A stretch of 64,000 bases of DNA from an uncultured Chlamydiae bacterium (GCA_963754655.1 CAVWGN010000001.1:576001-640000); one strand, 5' to 3'. Counted from the first letter of the stretch, positions 20,314-30,257 are shown. Numbers and translations are program-made. Notes: generated from the sequence alone by a model not told the origin.

Positions 20314-21348
20314 CTATTGCCAGTAGGCGGGATAACTTAAAGCTCCATCGGCATTATTGACGCTGATCACTTTCACTTGATGAATATAGAGGCCTTGCAT
20401 ATATCCAATGACTAGTAAGGGATTGGTAATGGCGACTTCCGCTAATGATCCTCCGGGAAGTTCCTCATCAGTTTTATCTGCCCATTTCATCACCGCTTTT
20501 TCCACTTCATCTTGTTGAACAATCTGATTATCGACCAGTGGACGAATGGCATAATTAAATAAACTTCCGACAGCTAAAATTTGAGTTTGCGGATCTTTAA
20601 TTTTATTCTTAATAAATTGATCGGTATCTTGAGACAATTGGGCAGCATAGTGAATGGCCGCCTGCATCTCTTCAATTGTCATCGGATTAGGAGATTGGAT
20701 TGTTTTTAAATCTTTATGCTCAATTTTTTGAATCACATCGTTTTTAAAAGGAATAGACGCTGTCTTGCCTTTTTCCACTAAATAGGTTCCCTCATTCGTT
20801 AATGTCGTCAATTGCATGCTTCCCCCTCCAATATCCCAAGTAATTGCATGCTCAGGTTGCACAGAAGTCACTGCAAGAGCGCCTCTAAAAGCTAAGATTC
20901 CTTCTTCGTCTTGATTAATAATGCGGACTTGTACTCCTGTTTGTCGCTCAATTTCTTTTGCAAATTGCTCGGCATTTTTAGCTTTACGAAAAGCAGCCGT
21001 AGCAACAGCCACAACTTTTTTGACATGGTAGCTATCGGCTAGCTCTTTTAAAGCTTTAATTGCCCGCACTCCCTGTTTCATGACTTCAGAATCGAAAGTC
21101 TGATTATCCGATTGTTCAAGATGCTTCTGATAGGGAACAGGAATAGATTGTTCATAGAGTTGAATCAGAATTTTATTTGTTTTAGGATCTACCTTGGCGA
21201 CTTTAAGGTTAGTCGCTCCTGAACCAATATCAATGGCTGCGCGCACCTCTCCACTCGATAGCAAGGCGCGGTTGGCCGGAAGCCAAAAGATCACTAACAA
21301 AATTCCTAAGAATAATAAAATAAAAAGGGATAATGATTTACGGTTCAT
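20314..21348 (-). CDS. Ppx/GppA-family (ASKHA) phosphatase with N-terminal signal/anchor (ORF extends to 21369)
   Basis: AAIDIGSG, ATAAFRKAKN, IINQDEEG, DIGGGS. Confidence 0.85.
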   Translation of the reverse strand: MNRKSLSLFILLFLGILLVIFWLPANRALLSSGEVRAAIDIGSGATNLKVAKVDPKTNKILIQLYEQSIPVPYQKHLEQSDNQTFDSEVMKQGVRAIKALKELADSYHVKKVVAVATAAFRKAKNAEQFAKEIERQTGVQVRIINQDEEGILAFRGALAVTSVQPEHAITWDIGGGSMQLTTLTNEGTYLVEKGKTASIPFKNDVIQKIEHKDLKTIQSPNPMTIEEMQAAIHYAAQLSQDTDQFIKNKIKDPQTQILAVGSLFNYAIRPLVDNQIVQQDEVEKAVMKWADKTDEELPGGSLAEVAITNPLLVIGYMQGLYIHQVKVISVNNADGALSYPAYWQ

Positions 21349-21519
21349 AAATTTTTTCCTATTATGCAATACATGATTTTTGGAAGAATCAATGCTTTAA
21401 TTATGCAAATACAATGCCAAAAAAAGGGGTTTTTTAAATTTTAAGCGAATTTAATTTTTATGTAAACATAAGTGTTTGATTTCTAATATTTTATAAATTA
21501 TTTCTTGGAAACATTAAAA

Positions 21520-22008
21520 ATGAATGATTTTCTTGTTCAATCCATTCAACAGCTTTGCATTTCTCAAAAATGGACTTTAAGTTTGGCTGAGTCTTGTACA
21601 GGGGGACATTTAGCTGCCCGCTTGACACGCATTCCTGGATGTTCGCATTATTTTTTGGGATCTGTCGTGGCTTATTCAAATGCATTGAAGATAGAGTTGT
21701 TAAATGTTGATGCGCACACATTAGGTCAATATGGCGCAGTCAGCGGACCTGTTGTGAGACAAATGGCACAAGGAGTGTTGAAATTGACGAACAGTCATTA
21801 TAGCTTGGCGGTTTCAGGTATTGCAGGACCAGAAGGTGGATCGTTACAAAAACCTGTGGGAACAATATGGGCAGCCATGGCAACTCGAGGGGAGGAACCT
21901 TTAATCTCGGATTTTTACTTAGCGGGCACGCGAGAAGAAATCATTGAAAAAAGTGTCGATCTTTTACTTTTTCAATTTTGGTCATGGATTGAGGCTAAAA
22001 AATGTTGA
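21520..22008 (+). CDS. pncC: CinA C-terminal domain / NMN deamidase
   Basis: AESCTGG, YSNALK, GAVS, SGIAGPEGG, KPVGT. Confidence 0.88.
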   Translation: MNDFLVQSIQQLCISQKWTLSLAESCTGGHLAARLTRIPGCSHYFLGSVVAYSNALKIELLNVDAHTLGQYGAVSGPVVRQMAQGVLKLTNSHYSLAVSGIAGPEGGSLQKPVGTIWAAMATRGEEPLISDFYLAGTREEIIEKSVDLLLFQFWSWIEAKKC

Positions 22009-22164
22009 TTTTGATGCTCAATTTCCTCTGTCATATTGAGAAATAGGCATAAGTGCTATTCATTTTTAGACACGCCCAAAGCAAAAAAATGAAATACTAT
22101 CATTCGATTCGAAGTTGTATGATTATAGGAGCTTTTGTTAAGCTTTTTGGTTTAGGATGATTTT

Positions 22165-23022
22165 ATGACAGACAATTCATATATGTTGGTCGATAGCGGC
22201 AACGGCCGCAAATTAGAACGCTTGGGTCCTTATCTCTTATCTCGTCCTTGTTCTCAGGCTGTTTGGAAACCGCAACTTTCTAATAAAGAATGGGATAAGG
22301 CTGATGCAATTTTTTCTCGCGAGCAAGAAAATAAATGGACGCATCAACGTCCATTGCCTGCTAGTTGGCAGATTGAAATTGCGGGTCTAATTTTTAAGAT
22401 TTCTCCTACTGATTTTGGTCATTTGGGTGTTTTTCCGGAGCAAAAACCTTATTGGGAATGGATTCAAAAGGCAGTCAAAGCGCATGCAAGTTCGACTTTT
22501 AAACCAAAGGTTTTGAATCTTTTCGCCTATTCGGGAGGCTCAACGCTGGCTGCTGCCAAAGGAGGAGCTACAGTTTGCCATTTAGATGCGTCAAAGGGAA
22601 TGGTGAGTTGGGCGCGCGAGAATGCTGCTCTCAACAAGTTAGATCAAGCTCCCATTCGCTGGATTGTAGAAGATGTCAAAAAATTCCTTACGCGCGAACA
22701 AAAGCGAGGGTCTCGTTATGAAGGCGTGATTCTTGATCCTCCAAGTTTTGGACGTGGAACGAAAGGAGAAATTTTCAAAATTGAGGATGAAATCGTCAAT
22801 CTTTTGCAAGATTGCCGTGCCTTGTTGAGCGATCGTCCTCTTTTTATGTTGTTTTCTTGCCATACTCCTGGATTTTCTCCTCTTGTCATGCAGCACTTGA
22901 TGACTCAAACCATGCAGGGCTATAAGGGTAGCTTAGAAGTAGGAGAAATGGTTCTCGCTGGACAAAATCAAGTATTGGATGTTCCGAGCGGAACTTATGC
23001 AAAATGGGAGATAAAGGGATGA
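22165..23022 (+). CDS. Class I SAM-dependent methyltransferase (RlmI/RlmK-like)
   Basis: GHLGVFPEQ, VLNLFAYSGG, HLDAS, ILDPPSFG. Confidence 0.88.
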   Translation: MTDNSYMLVDSGNGRKLERLGPYLLSRPCSQAVWKPQLSNKEWDKADAIFSREQENKWTHQRPLPASWQIEIAGLIFKISPTDFGHLGVFPEQKPYWEWIQKAVKAHASSTFKPKVLNLFAYSGGSTLAAAKGGATVCHLDASKGMVSWARENAALNKLDQAPIRWIVEDVKKFLTREQKRGSRYEGVILDPPSFGRGTKGEIFKIEDEIVNLLQDCRALLSDRPLFMLFSCHTPGFSPLVMQHLMTQTMQGYKGSLEVGEMVLAGQNQVLDVPSGTYAKWEIKG

Positions 23023-23861
23023 TGGAAAAACATCTCACCAGCATCCATAATCCACAGGTTAAACAAGTCTTTCATTTACGCGACCGTCATGAGCGCGATA
23101 AAACAGGGCTTTTTTTGATAGAAGGATACCGCGAAATCTTGAGAGCAACCGATGCGGGTTGGAAATTGGATACCCTCTTGACTTGTTCAGATCTTTTTTT
23201 AGGATCGAATGAACAAGCTCTAATTCAACGCATTGCTTCACGTGGAACAACTGTCATCACCACATCAGAAAAAGTTTTTCAAAAAATGTCTTATCGCGAC
23301 CGTCCCGATGGGTTAGTGGCTATTGCTCCTCAGAGAATGATGACATTAAATGACTTGCATACACAAAAAAAGGAGCCTATACTTCCTTTCTATGTTGTTG
23401 CGGAAGCCATTGAAAAGCCAGGAAATCTTGGGACCATTTTGCGCTCTTCAGATGCCGTGGGGGTAAGTGGACTAATTGTGTGCGATCGCTGTACAGATAT
23501 TTACAATCCGAACGTTGTACGAGCCAGTGTGGGAACGTTGTTTACGGTACCGACTGTGGAAGCAGCAGGGGAGGAAACATTGCAATGGTTAAAAGCGCAA
23601 GGTATTGCCATCTTAGCTGCCACGCCGCAGGCAAGCCATGAATTCACACAAGTAGAACTTGCACGTCCTGTAGCTATTGCAGTAGGGACCGAACAGTTGG
23701 GACTGTCAGAGCGTTGGATGCAAGGAGCAGATCTTCAAGTGCGCATTCCCATGAATGGTGTGGCCGATTCCCTTAATGTCGCTATGGCGACAACTTTGCT
23801 TCTTTATGAAGTTTATCGTCAAAGGCAACAGGCTCAAAAAGATGCTGCTTCCGGTATTTGA
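23019..23861 (+). CDS. SpoU/TrmH family RNA methyltransferase
   Basis: FLIEG, EKPGNLGTILRS, VVRASVG, GTEQLGL, IPMNG..DSLNVA; ATGA overlap with the upstream stop. Confidence 0.92.
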   Translation: MMEKHLTSIHNPQVKQVFHLRDRHERDKTGLFLIEGYREILRATDAGWKLDTLLTCSDLFLGSNEQALIQRIASRGTTVITTSEKVFQKMSYRDRPDGLVAIAPQRMMTLNDLHTQKKEPILPFYVVAEAIEKPGNLGTILRSSDAVGVSGLIVCDRCTDIYNPNVVRASVGTLFTVPTVEAAGEETLQWLKAQGIAILAATPQASHEFTQVELARPVAIAVGTEQLGLSERWMQGADLQVRIPMNGVADSLNVAMATTLLLYEVYRQRQQAQKDAASGI

Positions 23862-24498
23862 AGATAACCATCTCTTAGTGCTAAATAAGCCAGCAGGGCT
23901 GCTCACTCAGCCGAGCGGAACTGAGCAAGATAGCTTAGAGCAGCAGGCAAAAGCTTGGCTTAAGAGTGTCTATCAGAAACCTGGCAATGTCTTTTTAGAA
24001 GCCATCCATCGCTTAGATAAACCTGTCAGTGGAATCGTTGTGTTTGGAAAGACAAGCAAGGCATTATCGCGGCTCAATGCTTCCATGCGTGCCAAACAAG
24101 CACGTAAAATTTATTGGGCTTGGGTGGAAGGAGTGATTCCATTAGATGAAGGAGATCTCGAACATTTTCTTTTGCATGATGATTTCCATGCCAAAGTCGT
24201 TGCAGCTAATCATTCGGGAGGAAAAGCAGCCCATTTAGCTTATCGAGTCTTACAGCGGAAAAATGACCGAACTTTGGTTGAAATTGAGCTCTCTACAGGG
24301 CGGTACCATCAAATTCGCCTGCAGCTGGCTGCATTTGGTCATCCGATTTGGGGAGATCGCAAATATGGGGGACTGCAAAAGTATGAACCCGGAGCAATTG
24401 CGTTGCATCATCAACGATTAGAGCTGCCCCATCCTATTTCATCTACTTGGTTGACTTTCGAGGTTTCACCTCCTACTGCTTTTAGTGCTCTTGAATAG
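23842..24498 (+). CDS. RluA-family pseudouridine synthase
   Basis: FEDNHLLVLNKPAG, HRLDKPVSG, TGRYHQIR, PIWGDRKYG. Confidence 0.92.
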   Translation: MLLPVFEDNHLLVLNKPAGLLTQPSGTEQDSLEQQAKAWLKSVYQKPGNVFLEAIHRLDKPVSGIVVFGKTSKALSRLNASMRAKQARKIYWAWVEGVIPLDEGDLEHFLLHDDFHAKVVAANHSGGKAAHLAYRVLQRKNDRTLVEIELSTGRYHQIRLQLAAFGHPIWGDRKYGGLQKYEPGAIALHHQRLELPHPISSTWLTFEVSPPTAFSALE

Positions 24499-24539
24499 AA
24501 AAAATAAGAATGCCAAAGATAGGTCATTCATTAAACTTT

Positions 24540-24568
24540 TTGAATATTCTTTGCTAATGTGATATAAT
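24540..24568 (+). promoter_or_regulatory. Sigma70/66-type promoter with extended -10
   Basis: TTGAAT-N17-TATAAT with TG two bases before the -10. Confidence 0.6.
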
Positions 24569-24602
24569 CTTCTCATTATAATAAATTTAAGGGCGTAAAC
24601 TT

Positions 24603-24880
24603 ATGAATACTGAGGCTGATCAATATATTCATCAATTTATTGCAGCATAAGGAAGATATAGAGTTTTTTTCGCTTGAAAAAGTACAGCATCGGATCTACA
24701 AACATCCGACACTGTGAAAACAGCAGAAATCGCAGAGATGATTTTTGGTGCCGAAGCAGTGATCTCTTTTGCCTGTTTCTTTACCCGCACTTGGAATTGG
24801 AGCTATTTTTAAAGTTGTGATGTATCCTCAATCAAGGAAAATTCCAAGTTGCTGTGGACAATGCATTTGCAGGATTTGAT
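24603..24880 (+). pseudogene. Possible degraded gene for a membrane-anchored protein
   Basis: ATG at 24603 after the promoter; stops and a frameshift; fragments ..TAEIAEMIFGAEAVISFACF / LPALGIGAIFKVVMY join into a hydrophobic segment. Confidence 0.3.
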
Positions 24881-24918
24881 TATAGATTCTTTATTTAATT
24901 AATACTAGTTAGGTTCAT

Positions 24919-26532
24919 ATGAATATCTGTTTAAATTCATTGTCTCATTATTCAATTTCTTTATTTCAAGAGAAGGTGCTGCCTACTTTAACAGAGCAGC
25001 AAAAGAAAATTTTACTCATCGCTTCTCTCGCCTTTAGTTGTTTGGCTGCATGCTATCTCGTTTTTCGATGCTGTATTAGAGCTACACCTTTAAAAGATCT
25101 TGTAGAGGATTTATCTGACGATCTTGAGGAGCTTAAATTAATAAGGGGGGCCTGCCAACGACTAACTGATGGCACGCTAAGGCATCTACCCAGAGGCCTT
25201 AAAAGGCTGGCTTTAATACTATGCGGGAATTTAACTGATGAGGGGCTAAAAAATTTGCCTGAAGATCTTGAAGAGCTTAATCTAACACGGTGCAGTAAGC
25301 TAACCGATGGAGCATTCCAGAATCTTCCCAAAGGCCTTAAGAAGCTAGATCTATCAGACTGCGGTGGACTAACCAATCCAGCAGCGCTAAAGAATTTGCC
25401 TCAAGATCTTGAGGAGCTTGATCTAAAAGACACTTATATAGGTAATGAGGTGCTTAATCTTAAGGATTTACCCGAAGGTCTTAAAAAACTCAAACTAAAA
25501 TGGGGGTTCCCTAAGCTCGCCTATCATGTCGTTTTAAAAGATTGGCCTAAAAATCTTGAGGTGCTTGACCTATCAGAACGTGTTGCTTTAACAAACATAG
25601 TATTAGAGGACCTGCCCCAGGGTCTTAAAAGTTTAAATCTATCAGGTTGCGAGCAACTAACAGATGCGGTAATAAAAGATCTGCCCAGAACCCTTAAGAA
25701 ACTTAAATTATCATTTTGCACGAAGTTAACCGATGCAATGATCCAGGATTTGCCTAAGGATCTTAAAAAACTTAGTTTAGCATATTGCGATAACCTAAAT
25801 AATGAAGCAATAAAAGGCTTGCCTCAAGATCTTGAGGCACTTGATTTATCAAGTTGCCATAAGTTAACTTACAGTATGATACAAGATCTGCCCAAAGGCC
25901 TTAAGAAGCTGAAATTAGTAGGGTGCAACATAACCGATGATGCGATAAAAGATTTGCCTGAAGATCTTGAAGAGCTTTATCTAGCAGGTTGTAATAAGTT
26001 AACGGTTGCGATGATAAAAGATCTGCCCAAGAGGCTTAAGAAACTGGACTTCTCTGATTGCAAGCTGACCGATGATGCGATAAAGGGTTTGCCTGAGGAT
26101 CTTGAAGAGCTTTATCTAGCAAGGTGTAATAAATTAACGGTTGCGATGATAAAAGATCTGCCCAAGGGGCTTAAGAGACTGGACTTCTCTGATTGCACGC
26201 AGCTGACCGATGATGCGATAAAGGGTTTGCCTGAGGATCTTGAAGAGCTTTATCTAGCAAGGTGTAATAAGTTAACTGCTGCGATGATAAAAGATCTACC
26301 CAAGGGGCTTAAGAAACTGAATCTCTCTGATTGCACGCAGCTGACCGATGATGCGATAAAGGGTTTGCCTGAAGATCTTGAAGAGCTTTATCTAGCAAGG
26401 TGTAATAAGTTAACTGCTGCGATGATAAAAGATCTACCCAAGGGGCTTAAGAAATTTAAATTAGTAGGGTGTAATTGGAAGCTAGTCGATAGAGCATACC
26501 AGGATTTACCCAAGAAGCTTGTAATTTGTTAA
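24919..26532 (+). CDS. Leucine-rich repeat protein with N-terminal membrane anchor, candidate effector
   Basis: About 20 repeats of ~23 aa (LTDDAIKGLPEDLEELYLARCNK); near-identical 138-bp units at the 3' end. Confidence 0.92.
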   Translation: MNICLNSLSHYSISLFQEKVLPTLTEQQKKILLIASLAFSCLAACYLVFRCCIRATPLKDLVEDLSDDLEELKLIRGACQRLTDGTLRHLPRGLKRLALILCGNLTDEGLKNLPEDLEELNLTRCSKLTDGAFQNLPKGLKKLDLSDCGGLTNPAALKNLPQDLEELDLKDTYIGNEVLNLKDLPEGLKKLKLKWGFPKLAYHVVLKDWPKNLEVLDLSERVALTNIVLEDLPQGLKSLNLSGCEQLTDAVIKDLPRTLKKLKLSFCTKLTDAMIQDLPKDLKKLSLAYCDNLNNEAIKGLPQDLEALDLSSCHKLTYSMIQDLPKGLKKLKLVGCNITDDAIKDLPEDLEELYLAGCNKLTVAMIKDLPKRLKKLDFSDCKLTDDAIKGLPEDLEELYLARCNKLTVAMIKDLPKGLKRLDFSDCTQLTDDAIKGLPEDLEELYLARCNKLTAAMIKDLPKGLKKLNLSDCTQLTDDAIKGLPEDLEELYLARCNKLTAAMIKDLPKGLKKFKLVGCNWKLVDRAYQDLPKKLVIC

Positions 26533-26637
26533 TTACCTTACGCACATGATTCAAAAAATTGAGCCTTTGATCAAAGCATTCCATGATTGAACTCAGGTAT
26601 GTGCATAAAATGAGTTGCATTAGCTTTCTGTGTCGTA

Positions 26638-26905
26638 ATTTTTAGCAGATCGATACGAAATGGTAGAGCGGCAGTAGCCGCTTTCAGTGGGAAGCCCCGT
26701 ATGAAGCGAGCTTGCGAGCGGAATGCGGGGTGGGCATCAATAAAATATCAACCGCGGAAGCGGTGTGAGTGATCTTACGCTGCTTCCGCAGCTCAATGCT
26801 ATCTTGCCTACACCCCGCATTCCACTCGCAAGCTCGCTTCATACGGGGCTTCCCACTGAAAGCGGCTACTGCCGCTCTACCATTTCGTATCGATCTGCTA
26901 AAAAT
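26638..26905. repeat. Family B REP/REPIN-like palindrome, 94-bp arms
   Basis: 26638-26731 pairs with 26812-26905; second copy at 58814-59099. Confidence 0.95.
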
Positions 26906-27053
26906 ATAAACTCCCAAATTTAATCACATCCCACTTGCAAGCATTCTTAATTCATATCCTATCAGGACCAAAACACGCCGGCCATTATACAACCACCAAT
27001 TACCCAGGATCTTCATTGTGATATGACAAGTATAGGGCATGCGTAATTGTTAG

Positions 27054-28307
27054 TTAAATTGTTGGAGTAGGTTGTGGGGGTGGCAAACCTTCTGAAAATC
27101 CCATTTCAGGGATGGGAGGAATCACTTGCATGACCTGTTCGAGTATAGCAAACTCTTCTAAGACTCGATCGATTTCTTGTACAATTGTAGGTGTATCGCG
27201 ATGTTGAGCCATTTTTTCAGTTTGAAATAGTGCTTTCAAGTCAATCAAAGGCTGGACAAGAACTTTAATGCTTGTATCTTTTTGCTTTTTAAACGTCCCT
27301 TTCGCAATGGCAGCCAATCCATTGATGATAGCTTGAAAAGGCTCTTGCAATTCTGCATAGGTAATATCAATTTCCGTCAAAATTGTTTTAGCAACTTCTA
27401 ACAATGTGCTTGTTGTCAATACAGCCACCTCATCAAAGTGATGTTGCTGAGCCTTTAGCCCGAATTTTGTGAGAAAGTGCGTAGGAAAATTCACCATCGA
27501 GAGGTCAAATTGAGCACCATGCACGATAATTTTTCCCAGAATCATAATCATCTGACGGCACACCGTTTCTTGGCGCTCACGCAAGGCTTTATCATTGATG
27601 AGTTCAAGCCGCTGCAAGAGATAAAAAATAATAAAACTTGATTCATCTCCGCCTCGCGTTCCTTGTGGGTTACTCGTATCTTGAGAAATATGTCCAATAC
27701 TTTTAGCAGAATCAAAAAATGTTTTAATAATCGGAGGAAAGGTTTGTAAGGCTTGAGAGCTAAGTGCAAGCTTGCTCCTTTCAACAGAGCGAAGCGTAAT
27801 TTCTGAAAGGCTATCTAAATCATTCAAAAGAGAGGCTCGATTATCATTTTGAATGGCTTTTTCTGCTTGGTTTGAAATATGAGAGACTAGAAAAAATGGA
27901 TTTAATAAATTGACAAGGCGCCGCCAACTATCGCGAAAAATATCTAATGCAAGACCAAAGAAAATCAACCAGCCGAAAAAGAGCCAATCCTGATAAACGA
28001 CATTGTGTAAGCGCGAAACGAGTGCAACACCAACATAAGAAATCAGAGTAAATAAAAAGAGAAGGATGCGGCCAACCCGCAAAGGGATATCCTGCCGAAC
28101 AAGACTCATTAAATTGGGAATCAGTTTTTGTTCCAAATGTTCAAGAGGGATTAAAATAAAGGTGTATAAAAAAATCGTTCCCATCAAGACCGCTGTGCCT
28201 CCAACTAGCATGATCACTGTCAAATAAAAGACATCAACATTGATTTCAGGATGGACTAAAAACATGAGAAGGGCAGAAATAAGAAGTGCACAAAGAGTAA
28301 TGAGCAT
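27054..28307 (-). CDS. Hypothetical membrane protein (4 N-terminal TM helices plus helical domain)
   Basis: 417-aa ORF, AAGGAG RBS, hydrophobic N-terminal third. Confidence 0.8.
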   Translation of the reverse strand: MLITLCALLISALLMFLVHPEINVDVFYLTVIMLVGGTAVLMGTIFLYTFILIPLEHLEQKLIPNLMSLVRQDIPLRVGRILLFLFTLISYVGVALVSRLHNVVYQDWLFFGWLIFFGLALDIFRDSWRRLVNLLNPFFLVSHISNQAEKAIQNDNRASLLNDLDSLSEITLRSVERSKLALSSQALQTFPPIIKTFFDSAKSIGHISQDTSNPQGTRGGDESSFIIFYLLQRLELINDKALRERQETVCRQMIMILGKIIVHGAQFDLSMVNFPTHFLTKFGLKAQQHHFDEVAVLTTSTLLEVAKTILTEIDITYAELQEPFQAIINGLAAIAKGTFKKQKDTSIKVLVQPLIDLKALFQTEKMAQHRDTPTIVQEIDRVLEEFAILEQVMQVIPPIPEMGFSEGLPPPQPTPTI

Positions 28308-28426
28308 GAGGATCTCCTTGTTATATCGTTTAGCTGAAGGTTAGAGAACAAGGATTTTATTGGCAAATAGCAAAAAGAGAAAAAAGAAAGAAGAGGAGAA
28401 AAATAATTTTTTCTCCTCTAAAAAAC

Positions 28427-28729
28427 CTAACGACGCCAGTAAGAATAAGAGAAGCCAGGTTGAACATACATGCCTGGTCTTTCTACTACAACAGGAGCGC
28501 CGTAATAAGGATAGACAGGCGCTGGAGCAACGTAAGCAGGATAAGGATAAACTGGTGCTGGAGCAACCACTGGAGCTGGTGCTGGTGCTACCACATATCC
28601 TGGATTTCCAACGTTAAAATTTAATCCAAAAGAAGAGCGGCAATGATGCCTTGCACTTGCTTCTGGAATAAAAGCCCACATAAAAAACATAGAAAGAAGA
28701 AGAATAGATGATAATTTTGTGATTTTCAT
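28427..28729 (-). CDS. Small secreted Pro/Tyr-rich protein
   Basis: GAGGTG RBS; signal peptide ending ASA; VAPAPAPV/YPYP repeats. Confidence 0.78.
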   Translation of the reverse strand: MKITKLSSILLLSMFFMWAFIPEASARHHCRSSFGLNFNVGNPGYVVAPAPAPVVAPAPVYPYPAYVAPAPVYPYYGAPVVVERPGMYVQPGFSYSYWRR

Positions 28730-28884
28730 ACTTCACCTCATAGTAAACAACAATGTTTAAGAAACAAATTTTTTTTAGTCCACAACAAACTCGAACTCAT
28801 TTTACTAGAGCTCGTAATAATCGGCAAGATGAAACGAAGAAGATTGTTGATTTTCAAGTATTTGTAAATTTACTTTTAATCTAT

Positions 28885-29478
28885 TCAAACTAAATCACAA
28901 GCTTCGTCGGGCATCCAATGTTTATCTTTTCCTATCCATTTGATTGTACAACCAATGGGGTTGGTTAAAGGCTTTCTCACGGAATGACCCTGAAAATAAT
29001 CATCTAAGGCGTTTTCCAAGTCGTTGATTGTCATTTGAGAGGGATCGCGTGGAGAATCGATGGCACGTCCGGTATAAATAAGATGGTGTTGCTTATCGAA
29101 GACAAAAAAATGAGGGGTACGCAAAGCGCCATAATCGCGCGCCACTTCTTGCGTTTCGTCTCTTAGGTAGACCCAAGGGAAATGCTGCTGCTGCATGCGC
29201 TCAACCATGTTCTTATAAGAATCTTCTGGATAGCTAATCTCGCTATTAGAATTAATTCCAACAAAGTCAACATTTTTATTTTTGTATTTCTCAACAGTGT
29301 GACGTGTTACTTCATCTGAGCCTTTAACATAAGGGCAATGGTTACAGGTAAAAAAGATGACTACAGCATTTGCATTGGCAAAATCATTGAAAGCGTAGTA
29401 CTTACCATCAGTTGCTTTTAAGCGAAAATTAGGAGGAGAGGAACCTAAAGGCAGTGTATAAAATTTTGAATTCATCAT
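28885..29478 (-). CDS. Thioredoxin-like (AhpC/TSA) family protein
   Basis: FTCNHCPYV, DETQEVARDYGALRTPHFF, YTG, PIGCTIKW. Confidence 0.9.
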   Translation of the reverse strand: MMNSKFYTLPLGSSPPNFRLKATDGKYYAFNDFANANAVVIFFTCNHCPYVKGSDEVTRHTVEKYKNKNVDFVGINSNSEISYPEDSYKNMVERMQQQHFPWVYLRDETQEVARDYGALRTPHFFVFDKQHHLIYTGRAIDSPRDPSQMTINDLENALDDYFQGHSVRKPLTNPIGCTIKWIGKDKHWMPDEACDLV

Positions 29479-29651
29479 TTTTACCTTAATAAAAACGGAG
29501 ATAAAATATTATTGTTTCTTTGTTGGAAGAATTTATTGCTAATAATTTCATTCTTGTATTAAATATTCAATACTTTTTTGAAAAATTTACTTGCTTCTTA
29601 ACATAGAGATAGATAACAATATTAGAGATATGGAGAATCCTCACTATATAT

Positions 29652-30236
29652 ATGCAAAAAAAGTTATTAAATGCAATAGATGATTGTATTCAAGCATTGG
29701 AGCAGTTAAAAAGGCCCCTTTCTCTGCTTTTTATGCAAAGAGTAGCTCATGCCTTGGCAGCTTGTTTTGCTAGAGGCAATAAAGTGATTTTAGCTGGCAA
29801 TGGTGGCAGCTTATGCGATGCTGCTCATTTTGCTGAGGAATTGACAGGAGTATTTCGGCAAACACGGCAAGCTTTACCAGCTATTGCCTTAACTGAAGCT
29901 GGCCATTTAACTTGTACGGCAAATGATCTGGGATTTGAACACGTTTTTTCAAGAGGGATAGAAGCGTATGGACAGCCAGGCGATATTTTTGTAGGACTGA
30001 CAACTAGTGGAAATTCCCCTAATATAATTCGAGCTTTTCAGGAAGCGCAGCTTAAAGGATTGGAAACAGTTGCATTTCTTGGTAAAGAGGGTGGCAGGCT
30101 CAAAGGATTTGCTAACTTTGAGTTGATTATTGAAGATTTTACGACCTCAGATCGAATCCAAGAAGCTCATATGGCAGCCATTCATTTAATTATTGAACAA
30201 GTCGAAAATTTACTCTTTTATTCTCCAAAGGACTAA
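29652..30236 (+). CDS. gmhA: Phosphoheptose isomerase (SIS domain)
   Basis: GNGGSLCDAAHFAEEL, AND.GF, TTSGNSPN, SDRIQEAH. Confidence 0.93.
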   Translation: MQKKLLNAIDDCIQALEQLKRPLSLLFMQRVAHALAACFARGNKVILAGNGGSLCDAAHFAEELTGVFRQTRQALPAIALTEAGHLTCTANDLGFEHVFSRGIEAYGQPGDIFVGLTTSGNSPNIIRAFQEAQLKGLETVAFLGKEGGRLKGFANFELIIEDFTTSDRIQEAHMAAIHLIIEQVENLLFYSPKD

Positions 30237-30257
30237 TGCTCTGTCACAGGAGTGTTT

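Noticed and set aside
24590..24650. tmRNA, because the short ORF ends in IAA-stop
   Set aside because: No tRNA-like 5' end or T-arm/CCA 3' end is visible.
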